A DNA stretch of 64,000 bases from Mobula hypostoma. Taxonomy: Eukaryota. Location: NCBI RefSeq assembly GCF_963921235.1, contig NC_086118.1:27840001-27904000 (forward strand), written 5' to 3'. Shown one piece after another: positions 25,420 through 38,644 of this stretch (positions within the stretch are counted from its first letter, which is position 1; each line of letters starts with the position of its first letter). The translations under genes were made by a program, and so were the position numbers. The notes under the pieces are model-generated. The model made no database searches and was not told where the DNA came from. It saw only the letters and a program-made list of their open reading frames with translations.

Positions 25420-25720
25420 GGGGTTGCCACAGCTTGCTGGCTAGCATAACACTTCATAGCATCAATGATAGGGGTTCAATTCTTGCCACTGTCTAGAAAG
25501 AGTTTGTGCTCCCTGTGACTGTGTGGGTTTCCTCCAGGTGCTCTGGTTTTATTTTACATTCCAAAGATGTGTAAATTAGTAAAAGTTAGTAACTTATGAA
25601 TATGCTGTGTTGGAGGCGGAAGCATGTGGGCTGCCCCAGCACATCCTCAGATGCATTCCACAGTATTTTTGGATGTTTCAATGTATATGTGACAATTAAT
25701 GCTAATCTGTATTTATCTCT
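25420..25720 (+). mobile_element. V-domain SINE (HE1-like), degenerate
   Basis: B-box-like GGGGTTCAATTCTTG; core CCCTGTGACTGTGTGGGTTTCCTCCAGGTGCTCTGGTTT...TCCAAAGATG. Confidence 0.75.
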
Positions 25721-25749
25721 CTGTCAAAACAAGGTGTTTATTATGAATT

Positions 25750-26350
25750 TTAATTTAAATTTGAATTTATTTAAATCTTACATCCATCCCACAACATAAG
25801 GGATTAAAAATCTTTGTGTTGTGACTCTGTTACATTGTACAGACATGTGAGTTTCTAGGTCTAATGGCTTGTAGAAAGAAGCTGTCCCATAGCCTTTTGG
25901 TCCTGGTTTTAATGCCGTGGTACCATTTACCAGATGGAAACAGCTGAAACTGTCTATGGTTGGGGTGACTGATGTTCCCGATAATCTTCCAGGCCTTCTT
26001 TACTCACCTTCTGCCGTAAATGTCCTCAATGGAGGGAAGTTCACATCCACAGATGTGTTGGGCTGTTGGAACCGTTTTCTGCAGTGCCCAGCGATCAAGG
26101 TTGGGGCAGTTTCCATACCACCCTGCGATACAGCCAGTCAAGGTGCTCTTAGTGGTGTCCCTGTAGAAGGTCTTGAGGATTTGGGAGCTCGTGCAGAAAG
26201 TCTTCAGTCGCCTGGGGTGGAAGAGATGCTGGTGTACTTTTTTTTTGCCTCACAGCCAGTGTGTACAGTCCAGGTGAGATCTTGTGTGATGTGCATATCA
26301 AGGAACTTGAAACTACTCACCTTCTCAAATGCAGTCCCATTGATGTCGAT
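25750..26350 (-). mobile_element. Rex1-type LINE 3' fragment
   Basis: GAAGCTGTCCCATAGCC...; CCATACCACCCTGCGATACAGCCAGTCAAGGTGCTC; GGAACTTGAAACTACTCACC. Confidence 0.7.
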
Positions 26351-26539
26351 CGGGGACAAAACCACGCTCTAAATATTTCACTAAGAGAAGGACCAGTAAG
26401 AGTTGTTCCTTCCTATTTGCTAATCATGCCCTGTTGGAGGGTTGAGTCCCTTCCCACTCTTAAATTGCTGTAACTTAGGAGGATTATTTTGTCCCGCTTT
26501 AGCTACAGGATAGAATTTTTTCAAGTTTGGAATATATAG

Positions 26540-27122
26540 GGCCTGTCTCCTAAAACCCTCACTAATTTTTATAGATGCACCATAGAAAGCATTCTTCTAG
26601 GGTGCATCACAATCTGGCATGGAAGTTGTCCTGTCCAAGACCAGAAGAAGCTGCAGAAGATCGTGAACACAGCCCAGCACATCACATGAGCCAATCTTCC
26701 GTCCTTGGACTCACTTTACACTGCATGCTGTCGGAGCAGCGTGGCCAGGATAATCAAGGACACGACCCACCCAGCCAACACACTTCTAGTCCCTCTTCCC
26801 TCCAGGAGAAGGCTCAGGAGCTTGAAGACTCGTACGGCCAGATTTGGGAACAGCTTCTTTCCAACTGTGATAAGACTGCTGAACGGATCCTGACCCAGAT
26901 CTGGGCCGTACCCTCAAAATATCCGGACCTGCCTCTCGGTTTTTTTGCACTACCTTACTTTCCATTTTCTATTTTCTATTTATGATTTATAACTTAAATT
27001 TTTAATATTTACTATCAATTTGTACTCCAGGGAGAGCGAAGCGCAGAATCAAATATCCCTGTGATGGTTACAGGTTCTAGTATCAATTATTTGGCGACAA
27101 TAAAGTATAAAGTATAAAGTAT
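26540..27122 (+). mobile_element. Rex1-type LINE 3' end, same subfamily as 10237-13315
   Basis: High identity to 12727-13315, including the (AAAGTAT)n tail. Confidence 0.9.
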
Positions 27123-27489
27123 ATAGCCAACTCAGGATTGGGGTGAATTCACAGATGACTGTAGCTTGTTGGCTCTGCACCAGAGTGAGCCAAAGGATGT
27201 TAAGACATTCACTTAACATCAATTTGCTATCAGTTCTTGATAGCAAATTTCCCTCTTTGAAGTTTTATTTTTCAGAAGAGGGTGCATTCAGTATCCTCTA
27301 CTTTAAACATGACCACCTCCTGCTTGTGCTTTACCCAAGGTCAAGCTGTCTGAGCTCCTGCACTACGATTGCAGAGAAGTGTTCTGATCTGATACTCCTG
27401 GGATTGTTCATGAGGATCTTGACATTCTTGTTTCTAAATTTCCTATTATGGAGTAGTTGTTCACTCTGTGTGTGCTCTTTTAACGTAAC

Positions 27490-28925
27490 TGCTTTAGCAA
27501 GGCCATTGACAAGGTCCCACATGGGAGTTTGGTCAAGAAAGTTCAGTTGCTAGGGATTCAGGATGAAGTAATGAATTGGATTAAACATTGGCTTAGCTGG
27601 AAAAGCAGGAATGTGGGAGCAAATTGTTGCCTTTTTGAATGGAGACCAAGAACTAGTGGTGTGCTGCACGGATCAGTGCTGGATCTGCTGTTGTTTGTCA
27701 TCTATATCAGTGCCATGGGTGATAGGGTAATAAAATGAATAAGCAAATTTGTGGCTGGCATCAAGACTGGGGGCATAACGGAGAGCAAGGATGGAGATCA
27801 AAGCTTGCTGTGGAATCTGGACCAGTTGGATAAAAGGTTCAATTTCATGTCAGAGAAATGTATACAATAAACATCCTGAATGCTTTTTCTTCGCAAAACA
27901 TACGCGAAAACAGAGAAGTGCCCCAAAGAATGAACGACAGTTAAACGTGAGAACCTCAAAGACCCCCTCCCGCGCGTAAGTGGTAGCAAGGCAACAATAA
28001 CCCCCTCCCCCAACAAAAAGACGCACCTGCTACTGAGCAGGAGTGTGAGCTAAGTGATAGCAAAGACACAGACCTTGCAGTTACCCCAAAGACTATCACA
28101 TTTCACTCAGCATTCGGCAACCCAGAGGTTCTCTCTCTCCCTAATAAGGGAGAGGGAGGTGTCCCCCATTTTCATAGCGAGCGGGAGACATAACAACAAC
28201 CCGCTGGTTTATGATGTTAAAAAGTCCATTTTGTCGCTTTTTACGAGCTCTTTGTCTGAAAATCACAAAGATCTCGGGTCTTCGGGCCCACAGTGAAAGA
28301 TTTTCCAGTCTCCCCGACACACAAGTCTCCTGACATGACACTGACCCTCAATCCGCCTGTCTCCAGAGCCCCAAGATCTTAGGCTTCCAAACACTAGGCT
28401 GCCTCTCAGGCCGAACCCTTGGAGTGCTGAACAGCCGCAGGTTCTGAAACCTCGAGAACGGGTCCCATTCCCACATAGAACCGAAGTCTGCGTGTAACTC
28501 CAGGTCAGGGTCTACAAAAGAACCCTGAGAGGGAAAAATAAAGATATTAGCAATGGAAACAGAGCTGCTTCTGAAGATAAAAGTAAAGGAGTCGCTGTTT
28601 AGCACCATCTTAACTCCGCCTCCTCCACCAGTCCACCAGTGGGCTGCAAGGTGGCAGATAATATTTAATGAAGACAAGTATGAGCTCTTGCACTTTAGGA
28701 GGACAAACCAGGGCGGGACTTATGCAGTGAGGGGCAGGGCACTGAAGAGTGCTGTACAGCAAAGGGATTTGGAAATACAGATTCATAATTCCTTGAAACT
28801 GGTGTTACCCTTGAGGACTTGAATTACAGGGAAAGTTTGAACAAGGTAGGTCCCTATTCCCTAGAGCACAGGTGAATGAGGGGAGACTTGATTGAGGTAT
28901 GCAAAATTATGAGGGGATTAGATAG
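27490..28925 (+). mobile_element. Old CR1 RT fragment split by the insertion at 27836-28622
   Basis: TTGACAAGGTCCCACATGGG, TSGVLHGSVL; resumes after the insertion as WAARWQIIFNEDKYELLHF. Confidence 0.7.
27836..28622 (-). mobile_element. Non-autonomous retroposon with LINE-like 5' head
   Basis: Head GGCGGAGTTAAGATGGTGC on the - strand; no coding capacity; related partial copy at 7925-8347. Confidence 0.65.
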
Positions 28926-29076
28926 CAAATTTCTGCGAATGGAATTCTTTTTGGCACAAAACACAAGGTGATCATTGAAATTACAAATTACATCAAGGTC
29001 TGAAACTTGACAGTCATACAGCCAGAACATGCTGCCAGCTCACTCCTGGTCTCTTGGCTAAGGATAAACACCATCT

Positions 29077-29133
29077 AATATGCAAATACTGACCTGCTAG
29101 GTACAGCTGCCATCAGGTCAATATTTGCATATT
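29077..29133. repeat. 20-bp inverted repeat (hairpin) with an ATGCAAAT octamer on both arms
   Basis: AATATGCAAATACTGACCTG (29077-29096) against CAGGTCAATATTTGCATATT (29114-29133); 19/20 complementary; 17-nt loop. Confidence 0.9.
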
Positions 29134-30061
29134 TGGTGAAGTTTGGATTGCATAATGTCCTGTTTATATCGTGGTGGGAAATTGCACAATGCAATGGAGC
29201 AGTGTGTGTGACTAGAACAAGCCCTTCTCACAAGATCAACTTAATCGCTGGCCAATTCCATTTCTCTGAGCTAGACAGATTGTCAAACCCATCACTTCTC
29301 CGCAACGACTTTAAATAAACCAAAAGTTTAATAATAATAATTTTTAACAGTTTAAACATTTAAATTCACTTAAAATCATTTAATTAGGAAACTGAATTAA
29401 AACAAAATGTATGTAATTGCTTTTCCTGCTTTTCCACGGTAGTTAGACTCAACACAGATTCTCCAGTGTAACTGCTAAGGAATTGCAGTAAGTTCTTACA
29501 TTGCTGGTGAAGTCCTGTAATAGACATTTTCGATGCAATGTTTCATTTTTCCTAACTGAATTAAAAACATAGATTTTGTATATGACAAGTAATTGGCTGA
29601 GACAGAGCTTTGATGTGATGCCTTTTCTGATGAGAAGGGGATTAGAGAGAAGAAATTTGCAGTGGGAAATTCAAACAAGATTCTGGGAAACATTTTTTAC
29701 CCATCAGACCTGGGAAAGAACTCAATGCCACAAGCAACACAAGTTGGATCATTAATATTCACTTAAATATTTTACACATACAGTACAGATACTAAGGCAT
29801 TTTTATAGCCAACCTTTGACACTTGTGTAGGCTGTAAGTAATAAGAATACACAAAACTCTAGACCACAAATAGATGATTCCATGTATTTATAATCTGATT
29901 TATTTCACAATCTATTCCGGAGGAGAAATAAATCCTTTTGACATCTAACCCACAACAATATTTATGAAACTAATACACAATCCCTACATTGTCCCTGGCT
30001 AAGCTAATTCAAAGTATCTCTCCGGACCTGCACAGTCCATTGTCTAAGTTTAAATGAGGGA

Positions 30062-30610
30062 GGGGGGGCCTCCGTCGGTCAGAGTTGACTGTGAATATTG
30101 CGTCCTAGCTGTCTAGGTACGCAAGCCTGGGCAGGACGATCTGGTTGTAGCCCACGTAGCAAGCTCCCCCTCTTGACACATCTGATGAACCCAAAGGAAC
30201 AGCAGAAACTGATACAGTTTGGTACCAGCAGCATCACAGGAGTTGCCAATCAGCATTGAACTCAGTGTAAGACTGCCTTAGGGATTCCAGCTCTGGATTC
30301 CTCCCTTGGGGTTTGCTCCTGAAGACTTCACCGTGAGAGGGTCTAGCCGCAAGGCAGTGGAGGTTTGAGATCAAAGTTTTTCTTTTCCTAAAGGAGCTGC
30401 CAACCACGACTGATAAGCCCCATCTGCCCAAAGCAACTGGTTTTAGGGTGCCAGTAACCCACCTTTTCCCCTTAACTGTCGGTAGAAATGGTTCTGCCGG
30501 ACTTGATTGTCAGAGCCTATTTGAGGCACATGACCATTGGGAGCATTTACTAGGTAGTGAGGTAGTGGGAGCTTGTCCCCATTACCACCCCTGGCTATAA
30601 CAACCTTAAT
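30062..30610 (-). mobile_element. RTE-derived non-autonomous element (5' UTR-like region and 3' tip)
   Basis: The - strand has GTGGTTGGCAGCTCCTTTAGGAAAAGAAAACTTTGATCTCAAACC, resembling the conserved RTE 5' UTR motif; no ORF. Confidence 0.55.
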
Positions 30611-30794
30611 GTAAGTACTTCATCTAAAATCAATGTTCCTCTGCTTTCATAAAATTCATCTATCTGAGCCTAACGGGAAGAGTGAGGGAGTTTAAAATAA
30701 TTGCAAATGGAGATTTCCCTTTGTGAAACATTTCAACAGGCACACAGGAAGCTGGGAGCTCCAATGCCGTAATCAACTCTGCTTGTTGACACCA

Positions 30795-31722
30795 CTCCCA
30801 TAGGCCGAAACAAACAGGTGATGAATCAGCATTTAGGAAGGAAATTAAAAATCTGACTGCGTGGTGAGATAACAACCCCTTACTCAAAGTCAGCAAAACC
30901 AAGGACCTGATTATTGCCTTCAAGGGGAGAAAACCAGGGGTCCATCAGCCAGTCCTCTCTGGAGGGTCAAAGATGGAGAAGAATATCAACTTTAAACTGC
31001 TTGGTGTTATTATTTTGGAGATCTGTCCAGGGCCCAGTACGATCATGAAAAAAGCATAGCAGTGCTTCTACTTCATTTGGTGTTTACGAAGACATAGCAT
31101 GACATCTAAAGCTTTGACAAACTTCTCTAGATGTGTGGTGAAGAGTATATTGACTGGCTGTATCACAGCCTGATATGGAAACACCAATGCCCTTGAATGG
31201 AAAATCCAACATAACATACCTGTCTATCACAGGTAAAGCCCTCCCCACCCCTGAGCACATCTACATGAAATATAGTTGCAAGAAAGCAGCATCTATCATT
31301 AGGGGAACTGCACCACCCAGGTCATGCTCTGTTCTTGCTGCTGCCGTCAGAAAGAAAGTACAGGAGCCTCAAGACTCACACCACCAGCTTCAGTAATAGT
31401 TATTACCCCTTAACCATCAGGCTCTTGACTTAACCAAATAGAATTACATCACTCAAATTCACTTATCCCATCAATGAAATGTTCCCACAACTTATGGACT
31501 CATTTATCTCATGTTCTCAATACTTATTTTTTATTTCTTCTTGTTATTTATTTCTTTTTGTACTTGCACAGTTTGTTGTCTTTTGCTCATTGGTTGAATG
31601 CCCAATTTGGTGTGATCTTTCATTGATTCTATTATGGTTATTATTCTACTTTGGGCCTATTTAGAATGCCCACAAGAAACTGAATCTCTGGGTTGTTTAT
31701 GGTGACATATATGTGCTTTGAA
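30795..31722 (+). mobile_element. Rex1-type LINE 3' fragment
   Basis: GTCAGCAAAACCAAGGACCTGATT, TTTAAACTGCTTGGTG, GAGTATATTGACTGGCTGTATCACAGCC. Confidence 0.75.
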
Positions 31723-32965
31723 CTTAGGAGTTTAATCTGGACAAAGGTGAAGTGTTGTGCCTTGGTAAGTCAAATGTAAAGGGATAACCTCAGCAGTGTT
31801 GAATGAGCATAGAGATCTTAGGGTCCAAGTTCATAGCTCCATGAAAGTGGCTACACAGATTGATAGGGTGGTTAAGAAAGCAGATGTCATGCTTGGCTTT
31901 TTTAGTTGATGTACTGAGTTCAAAAGTCAGGAGGTTATGTGGAGTATTGCATACAGTTCTGGTCGCTCTATTATCGGAAGATCGCCTCACTTTCGGAAGG
32001 ATGTGGAAGCATTGGAAAGGGTACAGAGGAGATTCACCAGGATGCTGCCTGGTTTAGAGAGTATGCATTATGATCAGAAATTAAGGGAGCTAGGGCTTTA
32101 CTCTTTGGAGAGAAGGAGGATGAGAGGAGACATGATAGAGGTGTACAAGATAATAAGAGGAATAGATAGAGCGGATAGCCAGCGCCTCTTCCCCAGGGCA
32201 CCACTGCTCAGTACAAGAGGACATGGCTTTAAGGTAAGGGGTGGGAAGTTCAAGGGGGATATTAGAGGAAGGTTTTTTACTCAGAGTGGTTGGTGCATGG
32301 AATGCACTGCCTGGGTCAGTGGTGGAGGCAGATACACTAGTGAAGTTTAAGAGACTACTAGACAGGTATATGGAGGAATTTAAGGTGGGGGTTTTTTATG
32401 GGAGGCAGGGTTTGAGAGTCGGAACAACATTGTGGGCCGAAGGGCCTGTACTATGCTGTACTATTCTATGTTCTATGTTCTATATTAAGACCATTGAGGC
32501 TTTGGAGTGGATGCAGACGTTTTTACCAAGATGCTGCCTGGATTTGAGCGCATGTGCTATAATAAGAAGTTAACCAAACTTGTGTTATTTCCTCTAGATC
32601 ACTGGAGGAGCAATCTAATAGAGGTTTATAAGATTTTGAGAGTAATAGGCAGAGTAGACAGACTATCTTTCTCCCAAGGTTGAAATGTCAAATATCAGAG
32701 GGCACGCATTTAAGAGGATCTTTTCAAAGGAGATGTGAGGGGCAATATTTTTACATAAAGAATGATGGTGCCTAGAATGCACTGTCTGGGGCAGTGGTAG
32801 AGGCAGGTACTTTAGGGACTTTTAAGAGATATTTGGATAGGCAAAGGAATGTGAGAAAAATGGAAGGGTATGGACATTGCGTAGGAAGAAGAGATTAGTT
32901 TAGTTGGCCACTTGATTACTAATTTTAATGATTCTGTTCCTGTGCTGTACTGTTCTATGATCTAT
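31722..32965 (+). mobile_element. Old CR1 3' fragment with a younger CR1 3' fragment (~31982-32483) nested inside
   Basis: Inner copy encodes PHFRKDVEALERVQRRFTRMLPG and ends (TTCTATG)n; the outer copy resumes at ~32490 and ends TGTTCTATGATCTAT. Confidence 0.8.
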
Positions 32966-33089
32966 ATCCCTATGGAGATTTTTCAGCACATTAGTATATT
33001 ACCAAAATACTACCAGTATGTCTCCTGTTCCACTAGGGGCCTACATACCCTTGACTAGTGCTATTCATCAATCTAAGATGCCTCCCGAG

Positions 33090-36014
33090 CCACCCATTGT
33101 TCACACAGTGGTAAATCAGACCACCAGTCTGTGCTCCAGAAGCAGAAATGTGGGAATCCAGTACAGAAAGTCATGACGCAGCAAAGTTCGCTCGCCTAAA
33201 GGAAGCTGTCTGCTGACACGAGTATCTGTTTCAGAAGCAGCAGGAAAACATTGACCACTGAGTCGGCAGTCTCAACCAACTCTCCACCTCATTACAGCAA
33301 CCCCCACACTCGTCAACCTCCTCCCTTAGAGCACCAGAGCAAGGTTTCGAAGGAACCCCAACCTGAAGCCGCAACTTCCTGTCCCAGTGCGTCTTCCACT
33401 TTGAGCTCCAGCCATCTCTGAATTCTACAGACAAAGGCAATCTCACTCTTGACTGGGTGATCTCTGACCTTAGCTGATGCTAACGGACAATAAAAGGACC
33501 TTTTACAATAATTATGAGGATTTCACCACTGAGATGCGCCGGGTTTTCAAATACCTGGAAGTGGAAGTGGAAGGGGGTGCTGTGGATTGGATACATTGCC
33601 TTCATCAAGACTCATGCTCAGTGCAGGGTTGCACCATGGAATCATGGGCCCTTGTGCAGAATGTGTCTGGAATGTGGAAGCACTGCTGATCCATTACCAT
33701 CATGGCATGTTGAAGAGCTTGAAAGAAAAGCTGTCAACTCAGGAGATGTCCATCCACCTCGACAGTCTCATCACTCTAGCCCTCTGTATTGACAAGCGTC
33801 TTATGGCACAAAACCGCAGTTCCATTCTCAGAGCCACTTAAGGCCGCAGGACCCTCATCAGCGATGACTCCAGTATCCACGCAGTTAGGGAGAGCTTCCT
33901 TGTACCCGCAAGAACATGAGCGTTGGTGGAAGAATATCCTGTGTGCTTTCTGCGGAGCAGCCAATCAGCTATGCATCAAATGTCGACGGCATCCGGGAAG
34001 TGGTACCACCGGTTAAAGGCAAGGGCCTTGTATCTGGTGAGCTCCTTCCAGTCCCTCATTCCAGCACCATAGCCTGACTCACTCTCTCTGTCCTCCTCCA
34101 TATCCAACGGCTCTAAGAGCACGGGAGGCTCTGGTGGATTCCAGTGCAACGGGCAGCTTTCTGGACTGGAATCTGTATGTGGAGCTTGGGCTCCTTACTG
34201 AGAAGATCTTTCACTCCTTCTGCATCATGGCCATTGACAGACATCCATTGGGCTCCAGGATGTTTAGAGCATGCACATGGCTTGTGCACGTGATTATCTG
34301 AGCGCACTCGAGTCCATTCAACTCCACCATATTGACTCACCCAAAACTCCTCTCATTTTGGGTTACCTCTGGCTCTCCACACATGACCCTCACTTTGTCT
34401 GGTCATCCGGTTCACTGCTGTGTTGGGGACCCCCCCCCCCCAACCCCCACCTGCAACCTCAGGTAAATTAACCCCGTAAATTCATGGAGTTGATGAAGAT
34501 CCTCAACCTCACAAAACATCCACAGGAATGTGACAACTTAGCCATCGCCTTCAGTGACAGGGAAATCAGCACCCTGCAATCTCAGAGACTACACGATTGT
34601 GCATTCGACCTCCTTTTAGGCATCACCCCTCCCTGAGGTTGTCTGTTCTCCTTCTCCTCTCCTGAGACCCAAGCCATGAACTGCTAAAGCTTCAGTAAAC
34701 CATCCCAGTCCCCAGCCAGTGCAGGATTCTTCTTTGTCAAAAATGAAAGTTGCTTGGGCTGCAACCCTGCATTGACTACTATGGACTCAACAAAATCACT
34801 ATTAAGAACTGCTCCCCCTCTCCCCTTGATGGAAAGGGCATTTGAAATACTCCTTGGGGACAAGATCTTCACCAAACTCGATTTAAGAAGCACAGGCAAC
34901 CTGATCTGCATCCTCCAGGGAGATGAGTGGAAGACGGCATTCATAACACCCACTGGCCACTACAGAAGCAGAGATCGTCTCCTGCTACCTTCTGCTTCCC
35001 TCTTCACACCTCAGTGAATTTGTCGATTGCCTAGCATCCATAGGACATGGTCAGATAGTAAGAGCAAGTGGAGAAATTTCTGCAAATCTTTACTGCCTTG
35101 AACCCATGGAAAAAGTATCTGTACTGGGCCAAACTGTCCCATAATCGACACACCTCCTCTGCCATGAAATGCTTCTTGGCTACCAAACCCATTGTTCCCT
35201 GTAGAGGACCCAACGGAGGAGGCCCTGGTTTGCTGCTGCTGGAATGCTTGGCGGAAGACACAGAAGGCCATCCTAGCTGCCAACCATGCCTACTATCACT
35301 AGGCCAACTGCTGGAGGGACCCAGCCGGACTACTCCAACATGGAGACCATGTCAGGCTGTCCACCAGAGACTTACCTCTGCACATCAACTCGCCCAATCT
35401 CTTGCCCTGGCTTAATGGTCCTTTCAAGTTTACCCATCACATCAATCCAGACACTTACCATCTCCAGCTGCCACCCTCCCCCCTGGATCACACTTACCAT
35501 CCACATGTCTTCCTTCAATCTACCTGAGCCTGCACCCTCTGGAACCTAGGATGGCAGAAGGTGGTCCAGAGCACACGATTTGCCAATTGAAGGGTTCACT
35601 TCATTGTGGACAGGGTGTGCAGTACCTGGTTGCTTGGGAAGGGTATGACTCAGGGGAGAGGTCTTGCTTCATGGATCCATCACTCGTTGAGGAATTCCAT
35701 CAGACCCATCAGGCACATCCCAATATCCACTCAGCTAACAGGATTCACCTGCCACTCATTTCTAACTCATCACCTGCAGCCTATTTAAACCCTGCCCTCA
35801 TCCACAGTCCTTGTTCTCCCATCAAAGCAGCCAGCCTCCACCAGTTACTCCTAGCTTTTAGTTACCTTGTCTGTGGTGCATATTATCTGTTCTCTCGTAT
35901 TTTGTGGCCTCTCATGGCTTGTTATTTTACAGTCTATTATTAAAGTTACTGTTCAATGCTGAATTGTCTCCACTGTGCTGCTTTTGGGTCAAGCCTCCTC
36001 TACGTTTCCTGACA
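33090..36014 (+). mobile_element. Decayed chromovirus-like (sushi/Tf-type) Gypsy LTR retrotransposon
   Basis: Gag-like CRNFLSQCVFHFELQP; protease [24 protein letters not shown]...[15 protein letters not shown]; chromodomain QYLVAWEGY; 3' LTR-like end with TATTTAAA, ATTAAA and terminal TGACA. Confidence 0.8.
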
Positions 36015-37790
36015 ACAATATTAACAAGTGCGTTGAGGACTGTGTTTCAAAGAGAACAATTGTGTGTTACCAAACCAGAGCCATGGATGAACTGGGCGAT
36101 CTACTTCCTACCGAAGTCTAAGTCTGAAGCATTCAAATCAGGTGACCCTGATCTTTACAAGAAATTGAGATATAATTCCATAAAGATATCAGAGATACCA
36201 AGAGAAGATATCAATCAAAATTGAGTACTAGACTAGCTGTCAGTTGCAGGGCTTAAATGGTATAAAGGGTTAGAAAACAAAGTCAGAAAGCATAGCTGAC
36301 CACAGCCCATCCCTTCCTGTTGAGCATAACATACTCTGTGCACAGAATGGCATTAGAATGCCACCACCGATCCCAACAGCCTTGAGTGCACCTGAGACAT
36401 TTTTAACCTCCCTCTGCTTCAACTGGTGGTTCTCACCTGCTTTTAGAAGAGCATTGTCATTTCAGTACCTAAGAAAAGCAAAATAATTAAAAAAGACTAA
36501 CACCCAATGGCTCTGACATCCCTCATCATGAAGTGCTTTGAGAGGCTGGTCATGGCACGCTCCAGCTTCAGCCTTCCAGGCAATCTCAACCCATTGCAAT
36601 TCACCTTCTGCCAAAACAGGTCTATGCCAAGTACCATCTCCCTGCCCTACACTCATCTCTGGAATATTGAGATAGTAAAAACACCTAGGTTAGACTAGTG
36701 TTTATTGACTACCACTCTGCCTTCAATACTATAAGTCTTAGGAAACTTATCACCAAACCCTGGATCCTGGAAGTCAACACCCCCATCTGCAACTGGATCC
36801 TCAACTTCCTGAAGAACAGACTGCAAACTGTAGGGATAGACAGCAACATCTCTGCCATGATTATTCTAAACAGTGGTGCTCCACATCTTCAACCCCCTTA
36901 CTCTACTCCCTGTACACTTAAGTCTATAGTCAGATTCTTCTCTAGCTCCATCTACAAGTTTGCAGATGATACCACTATTGTGGGCTGCACCTCGTATAAT
37001 GATGTTGGAGTGCAGGAAGAAGGTAGAGAGCAAAGTGACATGGTGTCATGACAACAAACTTTCTCACAATGTCAGGAAAACCAAACAGCAAGTCATTGAC
37101 TTCAACGATGACATCATTTATTCCAACGATGTTGAGTTTGAGAGGTTGACAGCTTCAAGTTCTCAAGAGCAAAAATCACCAATAACCATGTTCATGTCAC
37201 AGCCAAGAAAGCTCACCCATGCCTCCAGGAGACTAAAAAAATTCTGGATAGTGCTTACCAATTTTTATCAATGCATCACAGAAAGCATTTTATCTGGCTT
37301 GATCTGGCAACTGGTCTGCACATGACTGCAAGAAACTGCACAGTTATGGACACAGCTCAATACATCATGGAAAAAAGTCTCACCTCCATGGATTCTGTCT
37401 ATACTTCTCAATGCCTCAGTAAAGCACCAGCATAGTCGAAGACCCATCCATCACAGCCATTCTCTCTTCTACCCTCTTCCATTGGGCGGAAGATAACAAG
37501 GGCCTAAAACCATATGCCACTATGCTGAAGTGCAGTTCGACCTTGCTGTTATAAGACTATTGAATAATTCCTTAGTGAGATAAGATGGATTCTTAACCTC
37601 ATAAGATCTTGCAACATATTGTTTACTTGCATTGTACTTTCTCTGTTGCTGTTAGGTTTTCTTCTACATTCTGTTACTGCTTTACCTTATTCTAACTCAA
37701 TGCTTTGTATAATGAACTGTACAAACAGTATGCAAGACAAGTTTTTCACTGTATCCTGGTGCATGTGGAAGTGATAAACCAATTCCAATT
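36015..37790 (+). mobile_element. Degenerate Rex1-type LINE
   Basis: [36 protein letters not shown]. Confidence 0.85.
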
Positions 37791-37914
37791 CTATTTTCTT
37801 CAATGCACAGTTACAGATAAGGGGAGTTGGTATGTTTGAGAGAGAAAATTGGGGGAGATTGGCTAATTCCAGCTGTGGGACAGTTCTGGATGTCTGACGA
37901 TGGGCAATCTTGCA

Positions 37915-38315
37915 TGCTTTTCTCTGGAGTGGAGAAAGCTCAGGGGAGAACTGATAGAGGTTTATGAGATTAAAAGAGACATAGACAGAGTAAACAGGCA
38001 CCATCCATCTGCAGGGTTGAAATATCTAATACAGAGGATACATTTAAGATGAGAGAGGGTTAAGTTCAAAGGAGATGTGCAGAACAAATATCTTTACACA
38101 GACTGCTGAGTGCCTAGAATGTGATACATATGAGGGTGGTGGAGGGAAATATAAAAGAAGTGTTCAAGAGGCTCATGGAGGTGCAGAAAATGGAAGGATG
38201 TGGACATTTTGTAAGCAGAAGTTATTAGCTTACTTGGGAATTTTATTACTAATTTAGTTATTTCTGCACAACATTGTGGGCTGAAGTTTCTGTTCCTCTG
38301 CTGTGTTGTTCTATA
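37915..38315 (+). mobile_element. CR1 3' fragment
   Basis: TTTTCTCTGGAG...CTGATAGAGGTTTATGAGATT...CTGTGTTGTTCTAT. Confidence 0.65.
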
Positions 38316-38644
38316 AGTTGAAGAGTGATCTTGTACAAGGTCATGCTAATAGAAAATACATAGCAGTCAGCCAATAAATATGAACATTATTGCTGCTGTG
38401 CATAGCTAGACTAGTTTGCCTCAGGCTATGATGTGACCAAATATCTTAGACAATTTTCATCAAACCTGCAAACTGTTTTCTGAAGGCAAACTGACAGTGA
38501 CATAACAATACTCACATTTTGAAAACTTATAAAGCACAGGCTGGATGGTAAGCTTCAATGAAGAATGATATGAATTCAGTTTGATTGAAATGACTGAATA
38601 ACTGTTGCTGCAAGAACTCTTTAATTAACATGACAGAGACTAAT

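Noticed and set aside
26350..26540. Possible NUMT or L1 scrap between two Rex1 fragments
   Set aside because: No mitochondrial gene translation found; only a vague L1-like motif.
30180..30215. CTGATGA...GAAAC as a hammerhead ribozyme
   Set aside because: The intervening sequence cannot form stem II and there is no stem I.
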